Shown piece after piece: positions 35,444 through 48,652 of a stretch of DNA of 64,000 nt. Within the stretch, counting starts at the first letter, position 1, and every line of letters begins with the position of its first letter. The notes under the pieces are model-generated. The model had not been told where the DNA came from, ran no database searches, and saw nothing but the letters and a program-made list of their open reading frames with translations. The stretch is from Podarcis vaucheri (Eukaryota), in assembly GCA_965113315.1 (NCBI GenBank), contig OZ220363.1. One strand, given 5' to 3'. The position numbers were made by a program, and so were the translations under genes.

Positions 35444-38400
35444 TCAAAAGGACTAGCTTGCTTCAACTAAAAGATCAACAGATCCCTCCTCCTTTCTACT
35501 GGCTGAATCTTCCACAGGATCTCACTTCAGCCCATGGACAGATGGAGTTCTTGCATTCAAGGAAGCCTAGTTAGCCTAGTTAACACTTGATCCACTTCCC
35601 CAGTATGTTGAAATCCACACACACACCACATGAAATCAGTGGAACTTAACATTTGAGCAAATGTGCATAGGATTGCTCTGCACAATTTCCTTTTTGCAGA
35701 AGGGAAAGTGAGGCTGACACTCAGCTGCAGTGTATGATTTGAGGTAGAATAAGGGCTCAGGATTTTGTTTTCAAAACCACTGCTGAGTCCTGGAGCAGGC
35801 AAAGCAACAATGGAGAAAATACCTCTGAGCGTTTGCAGAATGCATCTCTCTCACCACTAAGTAACCTCTGCCATTTAGGATTAAGGAGTTTAGAATTAAG
35901 GAACAGGATTTCCAGAGTTGCTGAGACGGCTCCCGGGCAGACTTTATCACCATTCCATTTAGTCTGAAAATCAGAAAGCCTTGGAGATAATATTTTCTCC
36001 AAGGCCATCAAGTGAGTTCTGTGGCGTGTAAGTTGAGACCTGAATGTCTTTCAGAAGTCAGGCATGCACCAAAATGTGAGAGTCCTTCTGTTCATATTAC
36101 CGGCCAGCCAGGCTCTTTGCCAGGAAACACTATTGCATTCCATCTCAATAGGTTTCTGTAAAGTGGCTTTTGCTTTTTGTACTTATGCAAACCTCAGAGT
36201 CTCCCTGAACTTGCTAATGCCTTCCTTTTATGAGTGGGTTGTGCCATTTTGGCTAACTAAAGATAGGCAGTCCAAGAAGGCATTTAGGATGCCTTCATTT
36301 GCTCTGGCAATGCTGGCTCACATACCTCTACTAGGCCTTATAAACAAAAATGGAATCTCCTTACTCAGAGGCAGTAGACCTCACATCCCCACCTGCAGGG
36401 AAGAAACAAAGAGGTGTGGCTGCCCCCAAAATGGCCTACTTCTGAGTTTCCTTGGGGCAAGAGATTGGCCGCTGCTGGAACCCGAGTAGTACTAGCCACA
36501 ACTGCTGTGCTTCACCTCCACTGCCAGAGACGGTGTGCTTCTGAATACCCATTGCTGGAAACTGCAGGAGGGAAGAGTGCTATTGCACTCAGGATGCTGC
36601 TTGTGGGTTTTGGCCACAGTGAGAACAGAATGCTGGACTAGGCAAGCCATGTTTTTATATACAGTAGTATGCAGCCCCAAATGTAGTTCGCTTTGTAGAG
36701 TTGTGTTGGTTACCTCAGGGGATGCTCTAGCACAAATGCACATCAAATCACAGTGCAGAAGCACTTGGCTAGCCAATTTAAACCCAGTGGTTAAGAAGGC
36801 AACCTGTTCTGTTGTTTAATATATATATATAATTGCAAAGAAATGCAGTAAGAATAAGACAGACTTATTCATAGTAAGCAAATAGAATGTGAAATAGAGA
36901 CGTCTGTACAGCAAGACAGATAGGGAAACAAATCAGTCTCTTAATATTAGATGCGAATCAAGCAAATGTTTATTCACTTGGGTAACTGCCAGACTAAGAA
37001 GATGAAAAGCCAGGAGTGGGGTAGGAGATTTGCATTAAAAGGAGAATTTCCACCAGTTGCAGCTTCACCTAGTGTTCACACTGCCACAGTTACAAAAGCA
37101 GTGCCGTGTTATCCTGTTAGTGTTGCACGAAAACATGTAAGAGAACAGAATATTGGTACTGTTAGATTTCTGTTGGGGAGAACACCGAATTGAGTCTTTT
37201 ATATTTTCCAACTTCCTATAACCTCTTTTATAGGATGGGGTTGAGCAGAAGTGGGTTTCCTTCTCAAAAGAAAGGCATCCTGATTCAATACATTCAATAC
37301 ATGCTCAGGGACCCTGTGCCCTCTAATCCTGTTTTTGGAAAATATAAACCTTTGTTGTCAAGACAACGATACTCAAAAGCTGATTCTCTGTGACACACAC
37401 ACTATGCAAGATGCCAGGTTTAAAAAATCACATCAAAAGTTAGAAACCTGGAGTGAGATGGAAGACTGTATGAACCAAAAGCCACAGAGGAGCTTTTAAT
37501 TGATTTCAGCATTTAGAGAGTTGAAGAGGGTATTTCCTTTGTTGAAGAGCAGCGGAGGGGTCGTGTTGTGGCTTGTCATGAACACTGAGGTTCCCTAACA
37601 CCTCCCTGTGGTATTATCATCACCTCTGGGCTTTCATACCCAAGTGACAAGTTTCAGCTCGCCTGCCCCCAAGAAAATGAGTGAATGTATTTCTGAGCCC
37701 AGCAAGAAGAATTACCGGCACAATTACATTGCTCTTAGAAAAGTGCCCCATCCTTTCAGCCTAAAGAAAGGCACTGACTGATATATTTGGGTGGTGGTGG
37801 GGCCCTCCCCACCCTCTTTCACTTCCTTCATTCAAAACGGAAATCCAGATTGCAGAAATGACATCATGGCTGCCATTTTGTGGCTGTTGCTGCTGCTCTG
37901 GTGTACACCACTACCAGCACTGGGTGTTGAGGACTGAGGGAAATGAGACGTTCACAATGCAAGATAACTTTAAATCCCAGTTCACAAAATGCAGGCCGAG
38001 TGCGAATGGCAACTGCATTCCGGTGACATGCGTCAAGCACGCTATGTTAAATGTGGGGTTCCATTTAACGTGCCTGTATTTTGAAAGGAAGGAAGAAGAA
38101 AGTTGCTGAAGGGGGGGGAATCAGGATCCGATTGCAGGAGCTTCATTCCTGAAGCAAATACGCCAAATCCTTGAAAATGTGCAATTATTTTTGAGCCCAC
38201 AATTTCTAGGCAGGCTTCTGTTCAAATTTCTAGACTGGTAAATGAATTCCAACCTCTTATGTGGCAAATAAATGTTTTCTATTTTGCAATAAGCTGTCAT
38301 TTGCATATCAAGTCGCACAGAGAGGTGGCAGCGTGCAGCTGTTGCTTGTTGGAACTCGCCTGTCTGATCACCGGCTACCGCACTGCAAGTTATTCACTCA

Positions 38401-38924
38401 TTTAATGAACACGGTTGCTGTATCGCGGCCTCACAAATCCAGGCAGCCTCATTTACATAGGATGTGATTTATTCATGATGAATAGCAACCTTATGGATGT
38501 GCACAGTGCACATGCTAAATTAGCATACTTTACTCATGCTATTTCCAGCAGATGGTTTCTCTCTGTACCAGCTGCAAACAAGGAGGAGTGAAGGCACATT
38601 CAATGGAAGGACTTATCTGACCATTTCTCAATGTCAGGGGAGATAAAAAGCCCTGAGAGGAAGCACAGAAATGCCTGTCCACAGGATTACCTCTTTTACC
38701 CGCTCTGTCATTACGTCTCCGTCTGTTAAAACACTGGCAACCTTATTCTCACAGTTAAAATGCAGAAGATCCCCATTATAGATAGAGGCTCAGTGCTGAT
38801 TTAGCATGCTTCAGCTCATTGACTTTACAAGGTTGAATTGACACCATTACATATTGTACAAACTGGAATATACAAGTAGAGCCTGCAACAAAATGTTACA
38901 GCACAGATGCTTCTGTTCCAGATA

Positions 38925-39319
38925 CAGTTGTACCTTGGGATACAGACGCTTCAGGTTACAGACTTCGCTAACCCAGAAATAGTACCTCGGGTTAAGAACT
39001 TTGCTTCAGGATGAGAACAGAAATCATGCAGCAGCGGCGCAGGAGGCCCCATTAGCTAAAGTGGTGCTTTCAGGTTAATAACGGACCTCCAGAATGAATT
39101 AAGTTCTTACCTTGGTTTACAAACTTAATCCGTTCTGGAAGTCCGTTCTTAAACCAAAACCGTTCTTAAACCAAGGCGCGTTTTCCCTAATGAGGCCGCC
39201 GGTGCCCTTCCACCATTCGGCTTCTATTCTTAGACTGAGATAAAGTTCTCAAACCAAGACACTATTTCCGGTTTTGTGGAGTTTGTAAACCAAATTGTTC
39301 TTAAACCGAGGTACCACTG
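38925..39319. mobile_element. Compound Tc1/mariner (pogo/Tigger-like) MITE: two related elements fused in inverted orientation
   Basis: TA|CAGTTGTACCTTGG...CCGAGGTACCACTG|TA. The left half aligns with 50356-50581; the right half is an inverted relative. Confidence 0.8.
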
Positions 39320-40613
39320 TATTTTATTCCATTGCCCATCTGTTTTCTGCCCCACCATCCAACTGTTAGCATTCTCTTTTCGCTGAGTCGCCCACGTTGT
39401 CTTCAGTATTTTGTGTGTGTACATCCATAAATTTTATTTCCTGTTTGTGGTTTTTGAATAACCGTACAAATCAGCAACAGATTAGCACACTTATTCAAAG
39501 ACAGGAGGCAAGATATCTGTACACAGTATATGCAGCTGCTCTTGTTTTGTTCTTGGTGAGCTTCTCCATCAATGCAATTTGCCATGGTTTGATGTATCAA
39601 CAGTCCAAATCTGTCCCTTTCAAGTCTTTCTAGTAATGTGCCATTGTCACTCTTGCTGCTAATAGCTTATGACTGATTAAAGTTTTAAAATGTAACATTC
39701 TCATGTTCTTGAGCAAGGAGGGTTTTGTTTTGTTTTTTTACAATATGGGTACCAATTATTTTGTCCATTTCCAGAAAAAAATAATATCCCAAAACTTTGC
39801 TACCTCACACAGGTTCTCCAGCACCATGCTGAAAGTGTGGGATTGAAGTATTGCATTTTCACAAGGGTTTCCCTGAGTCAGCGACATACAGACCAGCCGT
39901 GGAATATCTGCGATTGCTTTTAGCTTATAAGATGATACTGTGTGGCCCTCCATATATCACTGGCCTACACCTCCCATCATCCCCAACTATTGGTCATGCT
40001 GGCTGCAGCTGATGGGCTGCAGGTTCCCCATCTCTTCTATACTGTATGTGTCAAAAGTGGAAACAAAGAAAGGGAAACAGAGAGGGGGGAATGCAAGCAA
40101 ATGGAGACTGAGAGCACAACCTGTTTTCTGTTCTGTGGCCTCAAATGCAGGGAATTGTGGGGAAGTTACTGTAAATTCTTGGACACTGTGCATAGCTCAA
40201 ACAGTTGCAGCATCATAGCCAGAGAAACATTTCCCCTTAACGGCTCAGAAGGATCGTCAGTTTGCAGTCCAGAGGTCATTTTCCTCATCTTTAGCTGACC
40301 CTGCACTGCTAAAGAGACATCTTTGCTTGCTCAAGTACTTTCAAGTTGTCCAAAGCAGGTTCAGAGGCAGCCCAAGACATTTTGCTGCCTGAGGCAGTGC
40401 AGCAATTTCCTCCTCCGGAGGTCGTAGTGCATCAGTAGCAAAGACAGGTCAAGTTATTTTGACGCCTGAGGCAAAGAAGACAAAACAAAAGCTCATAAGC
40501 ATCTCTCCCACCTCTTCTTGTAGGTGAAAAGACAACGAGAATTGTATTTTGCAGCCCTTTCCATAGGCATCTGTTTGGGCACTGTGAGGAAGCTAGCTCA
40601 CTAGTTAATGCTA

Positions 40614-40660
40614 AATTAACTTAATTAAATTAATTAATTAATTAATTAATTAAGTTAATT
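40614..40660. repeat. (TTAA)n near-palindromic low-complexity tract
   Basis: AATTAACTTAATTAA...TTAATTAAGTTAATT. Confidence 0.85.
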
Positions 40661-43600
40661 GCTAAATAGGGTATGTTGTCTTTGGGACACAGAAAGTGAC
40701 CTGCAATTTTTGACATTTTTTTTTATTGTCTGGTTTTGCAACTTTTTATTGGGCATCAAAACTCTGCCAAATCCGTTTGACCTGAGACTGGTCTTACTCT
40801 GTGCCAAAAGCAGAGCACTGACCCCATGGGCTCTGAGATAAGAACATGTACTGTACAGTCTTCCTGTCTAATAAGGCACCAGACACAGCTATGTGTTTTT
40901 GAAATTGTACAATCAGCTTTGCACTTGATATGTAACAGTCTCAGTGCAGCAAGATGAGATAAGGAGGCGCGGTGGGGGGGGGGAGAGGGAGGCAAGGAGA
41001 CACTCTAGAACTTGCAAGCAAACCGAACACAAGAGCACAGTGGCTGCGCAGGGAAGCAATTAGAGACGGATCCGGAAAAGAGAGCAAGACTGAACACAGA
41101 GAGGATTAGAACATAAGCATCTTTTAAGATCAGAACATCCCAACCGCTGTCTTCCCAGAGCCTGTCCCTAGGGGATGGGCCATATGAGTGGCAGCAGGAT
41201 ATAGAGGATAGAAAGCTTTTTATCTGTGGGATGCTAGTTTAAACCCAACAAAGGCTAAATCAATATTTGAAGCCATTTGTATATTCAGCACATTTTGCTT
41301 GTTTGTTCCTGCCTCCGTTGCATTTAGAATCCATTTGAAAATGAAATTCACAAGGAGACTGCGACATTTGGCCTCAGCCAGATGTTTCCCAATAGTTATT
41401 ATTTTGAGTCTTATTAATTTGCTATTTTCGTATTATGGGATTGTCTCCTCGCCATCACAATTCACAAGGCAACCTTTTATTTGATGGATGAGTGAATAAA
41501 TAAGTGTGGGGTGACACGAGGCTCTAATGAGCTGAGCTTAAATATTTGACTAATCAAAGGATTGCTTTTATTCATTTATACATTAATTAATTCATTTATT
41601 AAAAACAGACAAACATCAGATTTGTTAAAGGTCTGCAGAGCATGCAAGATCAGTTAACATATTGTTAGCTGATTAACAACTGAATGAGAAGACACTGTAA
41701 ACCCAAGGTTGCTAAGTGAACAAAATCAGTTTCTATATCTCGCAAACGACCTCCCGCGGTCTCATTATTAAAAGCTGAATTGTTGATACAGCAGCGCCTT
41801 CATAGGATTAAGTCAGGGAGTTCCAGCACGGGCATGAGGGCAAAACTGGTGCTGGGAGCTAAGCTCTGAGCTCAGTTCCACCCCTCCACTACAAGCAAGA
41901 GCAATATGTTCATTGTCAGGAAACAGTAACCAACATGACTGTGGTGCATCATAGGTACAATTCATACAGTATGGCAGGGGTCCCATGTAATGACCTCCAA
42001 AGGTTGTTGGACACCAACTCCCATCATCCCTGCCCATTGGTCATGCTAGCTGGGGCTGATGGGAGTTGGAGCCCAACAACATCTGGGGGGCCTCACATTG
42101 ACTGCTCCTGCAGCAGGCGATCTGGTGTGCCAGTTGGGGATGGGAAGTCTGGGTCTTCTGGCACCTCTTTTAAAAATAAAAAAGACTGTGTTGTTATTAT
42201 TTTAAAAATAACCACAAACTTGCCAAACTTTAATTTGAAACACCCACTCTCCAGCCTGGTAACCTGAAATGTCCTCCTGATGCAGAATTTTTTAAAAAAT
42301 GGCTACTGGATGTGGAGGCAGATTCAGTCCTATTAGGGTTAGCAGAACAGGGCAAAGCTAATATCAGGAAATGGGTGGAGGCTGAAGAGCTTCCTAAACT
42401 TCTAATAAGCTATAGAGTTGCAGATAAAAGTGGTTCATGGGCCCAAGGTCTCACTCGGTAGAAGGCCATTCCCTATGCTCCTAGTGTCTGCTTTCTCTTG
42501 CTGAGGTTATTCAGGTTCGAACTTGTGGAACTGATTAGGCTTTAAAGCAGCAGCTCACCCCAAGAGCTATTTGCTGGTGCAGATGTGTAAGCAGTTGGGT
42601 TGCTGTATAAATGGTGGGTGGTGAAGAGCTATGGACTGCTTTTTAATAAGACCAGGGATGCTGCCCAGAAGTGCCACTGTGCAAATTGCTGTTTGTGGCG
42701 TGACAGCTAAAGAGAGGCTTCTGCAGCAGGCTTCGAGCCAAATTCGTATTTATAAAAGGCAAAAAGGCAGGGATGAGAAAATCATTACATAACAATGAGA
42801 GGACCAGGCACGAGAAACGAAACCGTTTAAAACTCTTTGCGTCTTCAGCTTACCCAGGAAGAGCAGAGAATTGCCAGAACTAATCTCTCATTAGGTCCTT
42901 AGCATCACCCAGAGGAAAGAGCTCGGTTTCTGGGCCAGGAGATTTACCGGCTGGCTGGTGTTACTGACTATATTCATTTTTGCAATTTGTGGATGTGAAG
43001 CAGGTTGGCTCTGCTGAATATTACCTCTTAACTCCCTGAGAATGGCACAAATGCTTCCCTTCTGTGAAACTCCATCCCCTGCCCACCTGCACGCACACAC
43101 CCCTCTAATCCAGGCAAGCACACAAAAGGCTCCTGTGCAGGATGATAAGAGACACAGCATCTCTGCCTTTGACTCTGTTTGGATCCCACATGCAGGAACT
43201 CTATAGATTTGGATGGCAAGAAATTGGGCATCCATATACTTACAGTACATTTCTACCTCACAGAGGAGGCATCTGGAGAAGGCTTAAGTTGGCAGAGTGG
43301 GATATGCATTTCAATGGTCTAATGCGTGCCCTGCACAGCTCCACATTCAGATCCTGGGAATACCGGGCACACAATCCACCCAAGTGTTATCTGCTTTTTA
43401 AGTCCCATTTAGCCAACTGCATGCTGTCTGTCCAGATTTATATTCTGGCTTCACACCTGTATGCAGTAGTTTCAGGTATTTGAGGGTTCTTGAGCAAAGG
43501 AATGCAGTCCCTCCCCACCACTGTCCATTCAAGGGTCCTCTTCCCCTGTGTCTAAGCTGTACAGCTACCTGGGAAAAACCCATAAAGTGAGCAGCAGCAG

Positions 43601-44415
43601 GCAGTGACGGCAGAGCAGCAACAGGAGGGGGACCTGGAGGTTGGGAGAAGGCTCCAACAAATGCCCACTCCTGGTACTAGGCCTGTCTCTATGGTTCATG
43701 TACCACACCCTTTTTACTGCAGTGTAGTGGGAATATAGAAAGCACAGCTTTTCTGCTGCAGAGGCAATGTAGGGTTCCCATAGGAATTTATCTACGGCCG
43801 GCCACTGCTGCTCTAAGTGCAGATTTTCAATAATCAGATACCCTGATCCTAAGCCAATTACTCATAAATAAAAGAGCAGGGTTCAGATCCCCACTCAGTC
43901 ATAGAGTACTGAGCAGACCATGTTTCCTTGAATAGTTAACGTCACTTGTGCCATGTGATTTATTGCTGACCTGCTCCTGATACCCACTCCCAACAAAGTC
44001 TCAAGGTATCAGCGTCCGCCAACATTTTAGTGCATCAAAGCCTGGAGAGGAGTCATCCGGGAGAATCCTGGTAAAAATGAACTCAGGGACATACTGAAAT
44101 AGTTATTAGACACATTCACCAAAGCAGCCCCAATATTTTCAGCTACATTGCAGTTTGGTATGAACTGTGAAAATGCACACCTCTGTGTTGGAATAAGGTT
44201 GCAATACTATGCAAACTTAGAAGCAAGGGCCATTGAACACACATCAGAACATGGGGTTTGATCACTGAACATGATCAGATCACAAGATAGCCTTGCAAAC
44301 ATACACATAGGTGCACCTATTTTTAAAATATTGCCTAGTGACTGGGTCAAACCAAGAACAGTTCCAGCTCATACTTTAGACATTGCTGCTGAGAGGGGCT
44401 TATAGTGGTCTAGCT

Positions 44416-44789
44416 CAGGGATTGACAGTTTGGCAACTTTGAGGTCTTCCGCAGCAAACATGAAGTCTCTGAGCCCTGCTTCCCTAGTCACTGCCCCTCT
44501 TAGTCATGCAGCAGTAGGGGTGGTTAACGTTTAATTTCTTGAAGAGTAAGCCAAATGAAGGAGGCAGCTGACATCCCATGTCCTCTTTCAGCTTTATATG
44601 CATTTAAAAGCAAAGTTTAATTCTATTGGATCCAACTTTAACTCAGACCCCTTGGCAAAGTGGTGGGGTGTGCTTCTCTTACAATTTATCTGGGGGAGAG
44701 AAGCAGCCAGAAGGTGCTATTCAGAGAACATGCTAAACATGCTAAAATTCCCCAATGTGCCAATGGCCCTAAAAGGTTGCCAACCCCTG
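44416..44789. mobile_element. Degenerate hAT (Charlie-like) non-autonomous element
   Basis: CAGGGATTGACA...GGTTGCCAACCCCTG termini. Flanks gtctagct / gcctaaca resemble a decayed 8-bp TSD. Confidence 0.4.
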
Positions 44790-44903
44790 GCCTAACAAGT
44801 CACAAACACCTTGTAGCAGATTCTGCATCACCTCTGCTTAAAAAATGAAAGGATGACTGGAAACACGCACAATAAAACCAAAGAGAAAATGATTAAATAC
44901 GAT

Positions 44904-44909
44904 TTTATT
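44904..44909 (-). terminator. AATAAA poly(A) signal of TMEM109
   Basis: TTTATT on +, about 910 nt past the stop, followed on the minus strand by U/GU-rich sequence. Confidence 0.6.
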
Positions 44910-45818
44910 TAGAAGTGTAAAAATACCCCATTTGTTTAAAAACTGGCAGTTTAAAAATATATGTTGGTAACAGATATGTGGCTTATACCATTGAGTGAGT
45001 TATGCCTCCAAGCCAAAACAAGCAGAAAAAGTACTTGAGTCTGGGCTTGTGATTCCATTTGGTAGAGGTACAAATTCTGTCTGGAGGGAAGAGCTACAAA
45101 CATTCACTTTTGTCTATGGCTTATTTCTGCCCAGAACAAAGCAGCTGAACGCTACTTGCCATTGGTTCTACATGAGTATCTTTGGCTTATAAGGAGCTGG
45201 AAATGAAACACGCTTTTCCAGCATATGCATGCATACACACACACACACAAACACAACATTGTGGTTTGTTCTGTTGTCATCACAATCATGACAATCAGCT
45301 TTAGCTTTCAAGAAGGCACTTGCCTTTACTGTCCGATATACATACTGGCATGCTAGTGAAACATACGAGACCGAGATTCTCAGAGCAATCTCTTCAACAC
45401 CCCATTCTTCTATCCCGATATGCAGCACTATAGAGAAACTGGTATTAAAAGTAATAATTGAGTGAACAGCACCCTCACTTCACCAGCAAGCTCATCATCC
45501 AAGAGGAAGATGAAAGGTAGAAGTCTAGAAGGAGGAGGTATGAAAGAACCCAAAACAAAACACACGACAGGAAAGTCAAGAGATGGAGAGAGCTTTTAAC
45601 AGGTCACTGGAGTGACAATTGGTAAGATAGTATCCCAGAATCCTTATTCTCCTGTACAGAAGTTCCATTAAGTATTTGCATGTTCTTGCTTGGCTATGAG
45701 TGAAAGACTCACAAGAGAGCATCAACAGTCTAGGAGGGAATCAGGGAGTAAGTGAAGACAGGCAGAAAACAGTTGCCTCTTATTGAAGATACATGGAGAT
45801 AATAAGCTTCCCAGAACT

Positions 45819-46364
45819 TCATTCTTCATCCAGGTGCTTGGCAGAGCGCCTCTGCCTGCGCTGCAGCTCTGCCACTTGACACTTCAAGCTGCGCACTTCG
45901 GCTTCTAGTCGGGCCCCGGAGTGGTTTGACCCACTCAGCCAACCAAGCAGGACATACAGTGTAAGTAAACCTGACAGAAGCATAGTTTGCACAGAGCGAT
46001 CAGGCACTGAGGTGACAATAAACATAAAGCAGGCCCCAAAGAGGACAAACTTGAGGCCCCACATGATGCGGCTCAAGATGGCGACCAACACACTCAACAG
46101 CAGCGACAACACCCAATAACCAAGCAGAGCAGCCAGGCCCCAGAGCAGCGCTGTCTGCACCTGTTCAGGGTTTAGCTTCAGGAACTGAGTTGCACGCTCC
46201 CCTGGAACACAAAAAAGAGAAAGGGAAAAGTTTTATAAAATCGTTCAACCCAGTGTGGCACTACACCATTTCATGACTATGGCACCACTACATTCCAGAA
46301 GGAAGCATCCCTCCCACAATGCATCAGTAAAGGCTCCACTACTAGTCCTAAGATGCTGCTGCTA

Positions 46365-46442
<78 letters not shown>

Positions 46443-48652
46443 CTGCATAATAAGTTTGATAATAAGTATCAGCAGCAAGAATACTACTGGCCCAAAAATG
46501 GAAGCAGGAAGAATTACCATCGATAGAAGAATGGAGAAAGAAATTAATGGACTACGCAGAATTAGATAAACTAACAGGAAGGATCTGAAACCGATGAGAT
46601 CACAAGTTTACCAAGGACTGGAGCAAATTTATGGACTGACTATATGAAAAGCATTTGTGATACGCAAATAACGTTTGTGGGTTTACAGGAAGCTTTGTGA
46701 AGAAATAATATTAGAAACACTGTAAAAAAGGGAATAAGGGAATAGGTTTATTTAAAATAAAAGGCAATGTTAAATTTAGAATTGTGGATAGAAGATTAGA
46801 AAACGGAAGATTCACGGATGAGCTGAAGGAAGTCTATGTATTTGTGATAATATTGAAAATGTATGTTTAAATCTTGTATTGGAAACTGAATAAAAATAAT
46901 TTAAAAGAAACTATTTACCTGAAATACGTTAAAATTAGATAATAAACGGCTTTTGAACAATATTTTCTGAACACTTTTTACAAAATCCATTTCACTTTTG
47001 GTGGTGTTGTCACCTTTGTCATTTTAAAAAGATCAGATTCAATTTGAAAGCTTTAACCCACTGACCCTGAAAATCAATTTTATACACACAGACGAAACAC
47101 GGGGTTGGAATCTAATTAACCACTTCTGGATGCTTAAAGACTTGGATATGCCTAGAGGGATTTAAATCTGTACAACATTATCTGCCACAATCAAAAACAC
47201 CATTTGGAAAGTCACATCCAGTTCACAAGCAGGAAGTGTATGTCTGAGAAATGCAAACACCTCTTGGGCAAACATGACTCATGCTGCATCTCTGAGCCAA
47301 AATAACAATAAGAACAATAATAAATTAGGAACCAGTATGGGTTCAATCGTATTCCTATATGCCAATCCCAACCCTGCTCCATCCCACCACCACCACTGAC
47401 ATAAGTTTAACATCACAAACCTATGCTTTATTTGCTTGGAAGACAGTCCTACTGAGTTGAGTAGGGCTGTAGCCTAGGTTGCTCATGCTTTAAAGACAAA
47501 TAAGTAAGAAAGGGGGACTGAATATGCGACATCTTTTGGACTCCTGGGGTGGTATTCAGCTATGTTTGTCACAGAGTAAACCCACTGAAATGAACAAACA
47601 TGGCTAAATTATGTTAATCAATTTCAATGGGTCTGCTCTAAGTAAAATTTAGTTGAACACCACTACCCTGTCTTTCCATCCAACCTATCTCCTGGTCACT
47701 TACCAGCTATTCCAAAGGAAGTAAGGAGCTGCCCTGTAATTTGAGCCACAACAAATAGTGCTGAAGAGATCCCAGAGGACACCATCCAGACCAGGGAAGA
47801 AATATTCTGCAAGAAGAGAAGATGCACACTTGAGTGTTTTCTATTCACTCCATTACCAGCTGTCAGAATTCAAAAGGGCTGTCCCTTTTGTCAGAACCCA
47901 TCTGCTTGGGTAACGAAATGTAGCGATGGATAGCTCCCTCAGCTGATGAAATGAGTGGGAAAAGAGCAACAAGATGACATAAAACTGGTCAAAATCAGTT
48001 TTGTCATAGATTTAATTTAATCATCTAGAAAAAGCAGATGGTACAACTCTCCTTGGACTCATACCAACTCTGAACAAAGCTAAAGGAATGTATGCTGGAA
48101 ATGTTCCCTCTTGTTTAAAATCCCAACACAAAGTAAACTAGCATGTCAAGGCAAAACTCTGACTGGTTTCCCCATCACCACCACATAGCAAAGTGTTCAA
48201 TTATGTAATCCCCAACTGAATTCTAAAGTGGTTCAATCCAGAAAGACCTGTTCACTGTGCTTTCCCCCCTGAACATTTAGCTTATTTGTCCACCAGTTAG
48301 CGACTTGCCACAGATACATGAAAACCACTAAATATCATCATCATCATTTTACTGAATTTATATACCACCCTATACTCCCAGGTATAGGGGCAGTTCACAT
48401 GAACTTCTTTCTTACCTCATTCAATATTCTAAAGTTCTCTCGTCCAATCAAATCCTCCATTGTCTCGCTCATGGCACGACTCACTTGGGACAGAAAGTCC
48501 GGTTCGGCATACTTTGCTCGCTTTGGCTCATTCCGGTACTGCTGGGCATCGGTTATTCCTATGTGAGTGAGCACAAGCAGTGCTACTACGGCCAAGATTG
48601 GTTTTGGCAGGGGCTGGAAGCAGCTCCGTAATGAGAGGCCCCATCGAGTCAT
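45819..48652 (-). CDS. TMEM109: Transmembrane protein 109 (mitsugumin-23, BRI3BP family), complete, about 240 aa
   Basis: Coding exons 48652-48416 (ATG at 48652; exon acceptor at 48684), 47806-47704 (NISSLVWMVSSGISSALFVVAQITGQLL...), 46201-45819 (QFLKLNPEQVQTALLWGLAALLGYWVLSLLL...LEAEVRSLKCQVAELQRRQRR...DEE*). Sum 723 nt. Syntenic between TMEM132A and PRPF19. Confidence 0.93.
46369..46440. repeat. (TAA)10(GAA)14 compound microsatellite in the last TMEM109 intron
   Basis: Read directly. Confidence 0.95.
46470..46900 (+). mobile_element. L1-clade LINE 3' end, antisense within TMEM109 intron
   Basis: AARILLAQKWKQEELPSIEEWRKKLMDYAELDKLTGRI*...FTKDWSKFM, typical of a squamate L1 ORF2 C-terminus. 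A-rich 3' UTR ends in AATAAA near 46889. Confidence 0.75.

Noticed and set aside
47925-47970. CTGATGA...GAAA hammerhead-like core
   Set aside because: No pairing for stem II or the flanking helices.
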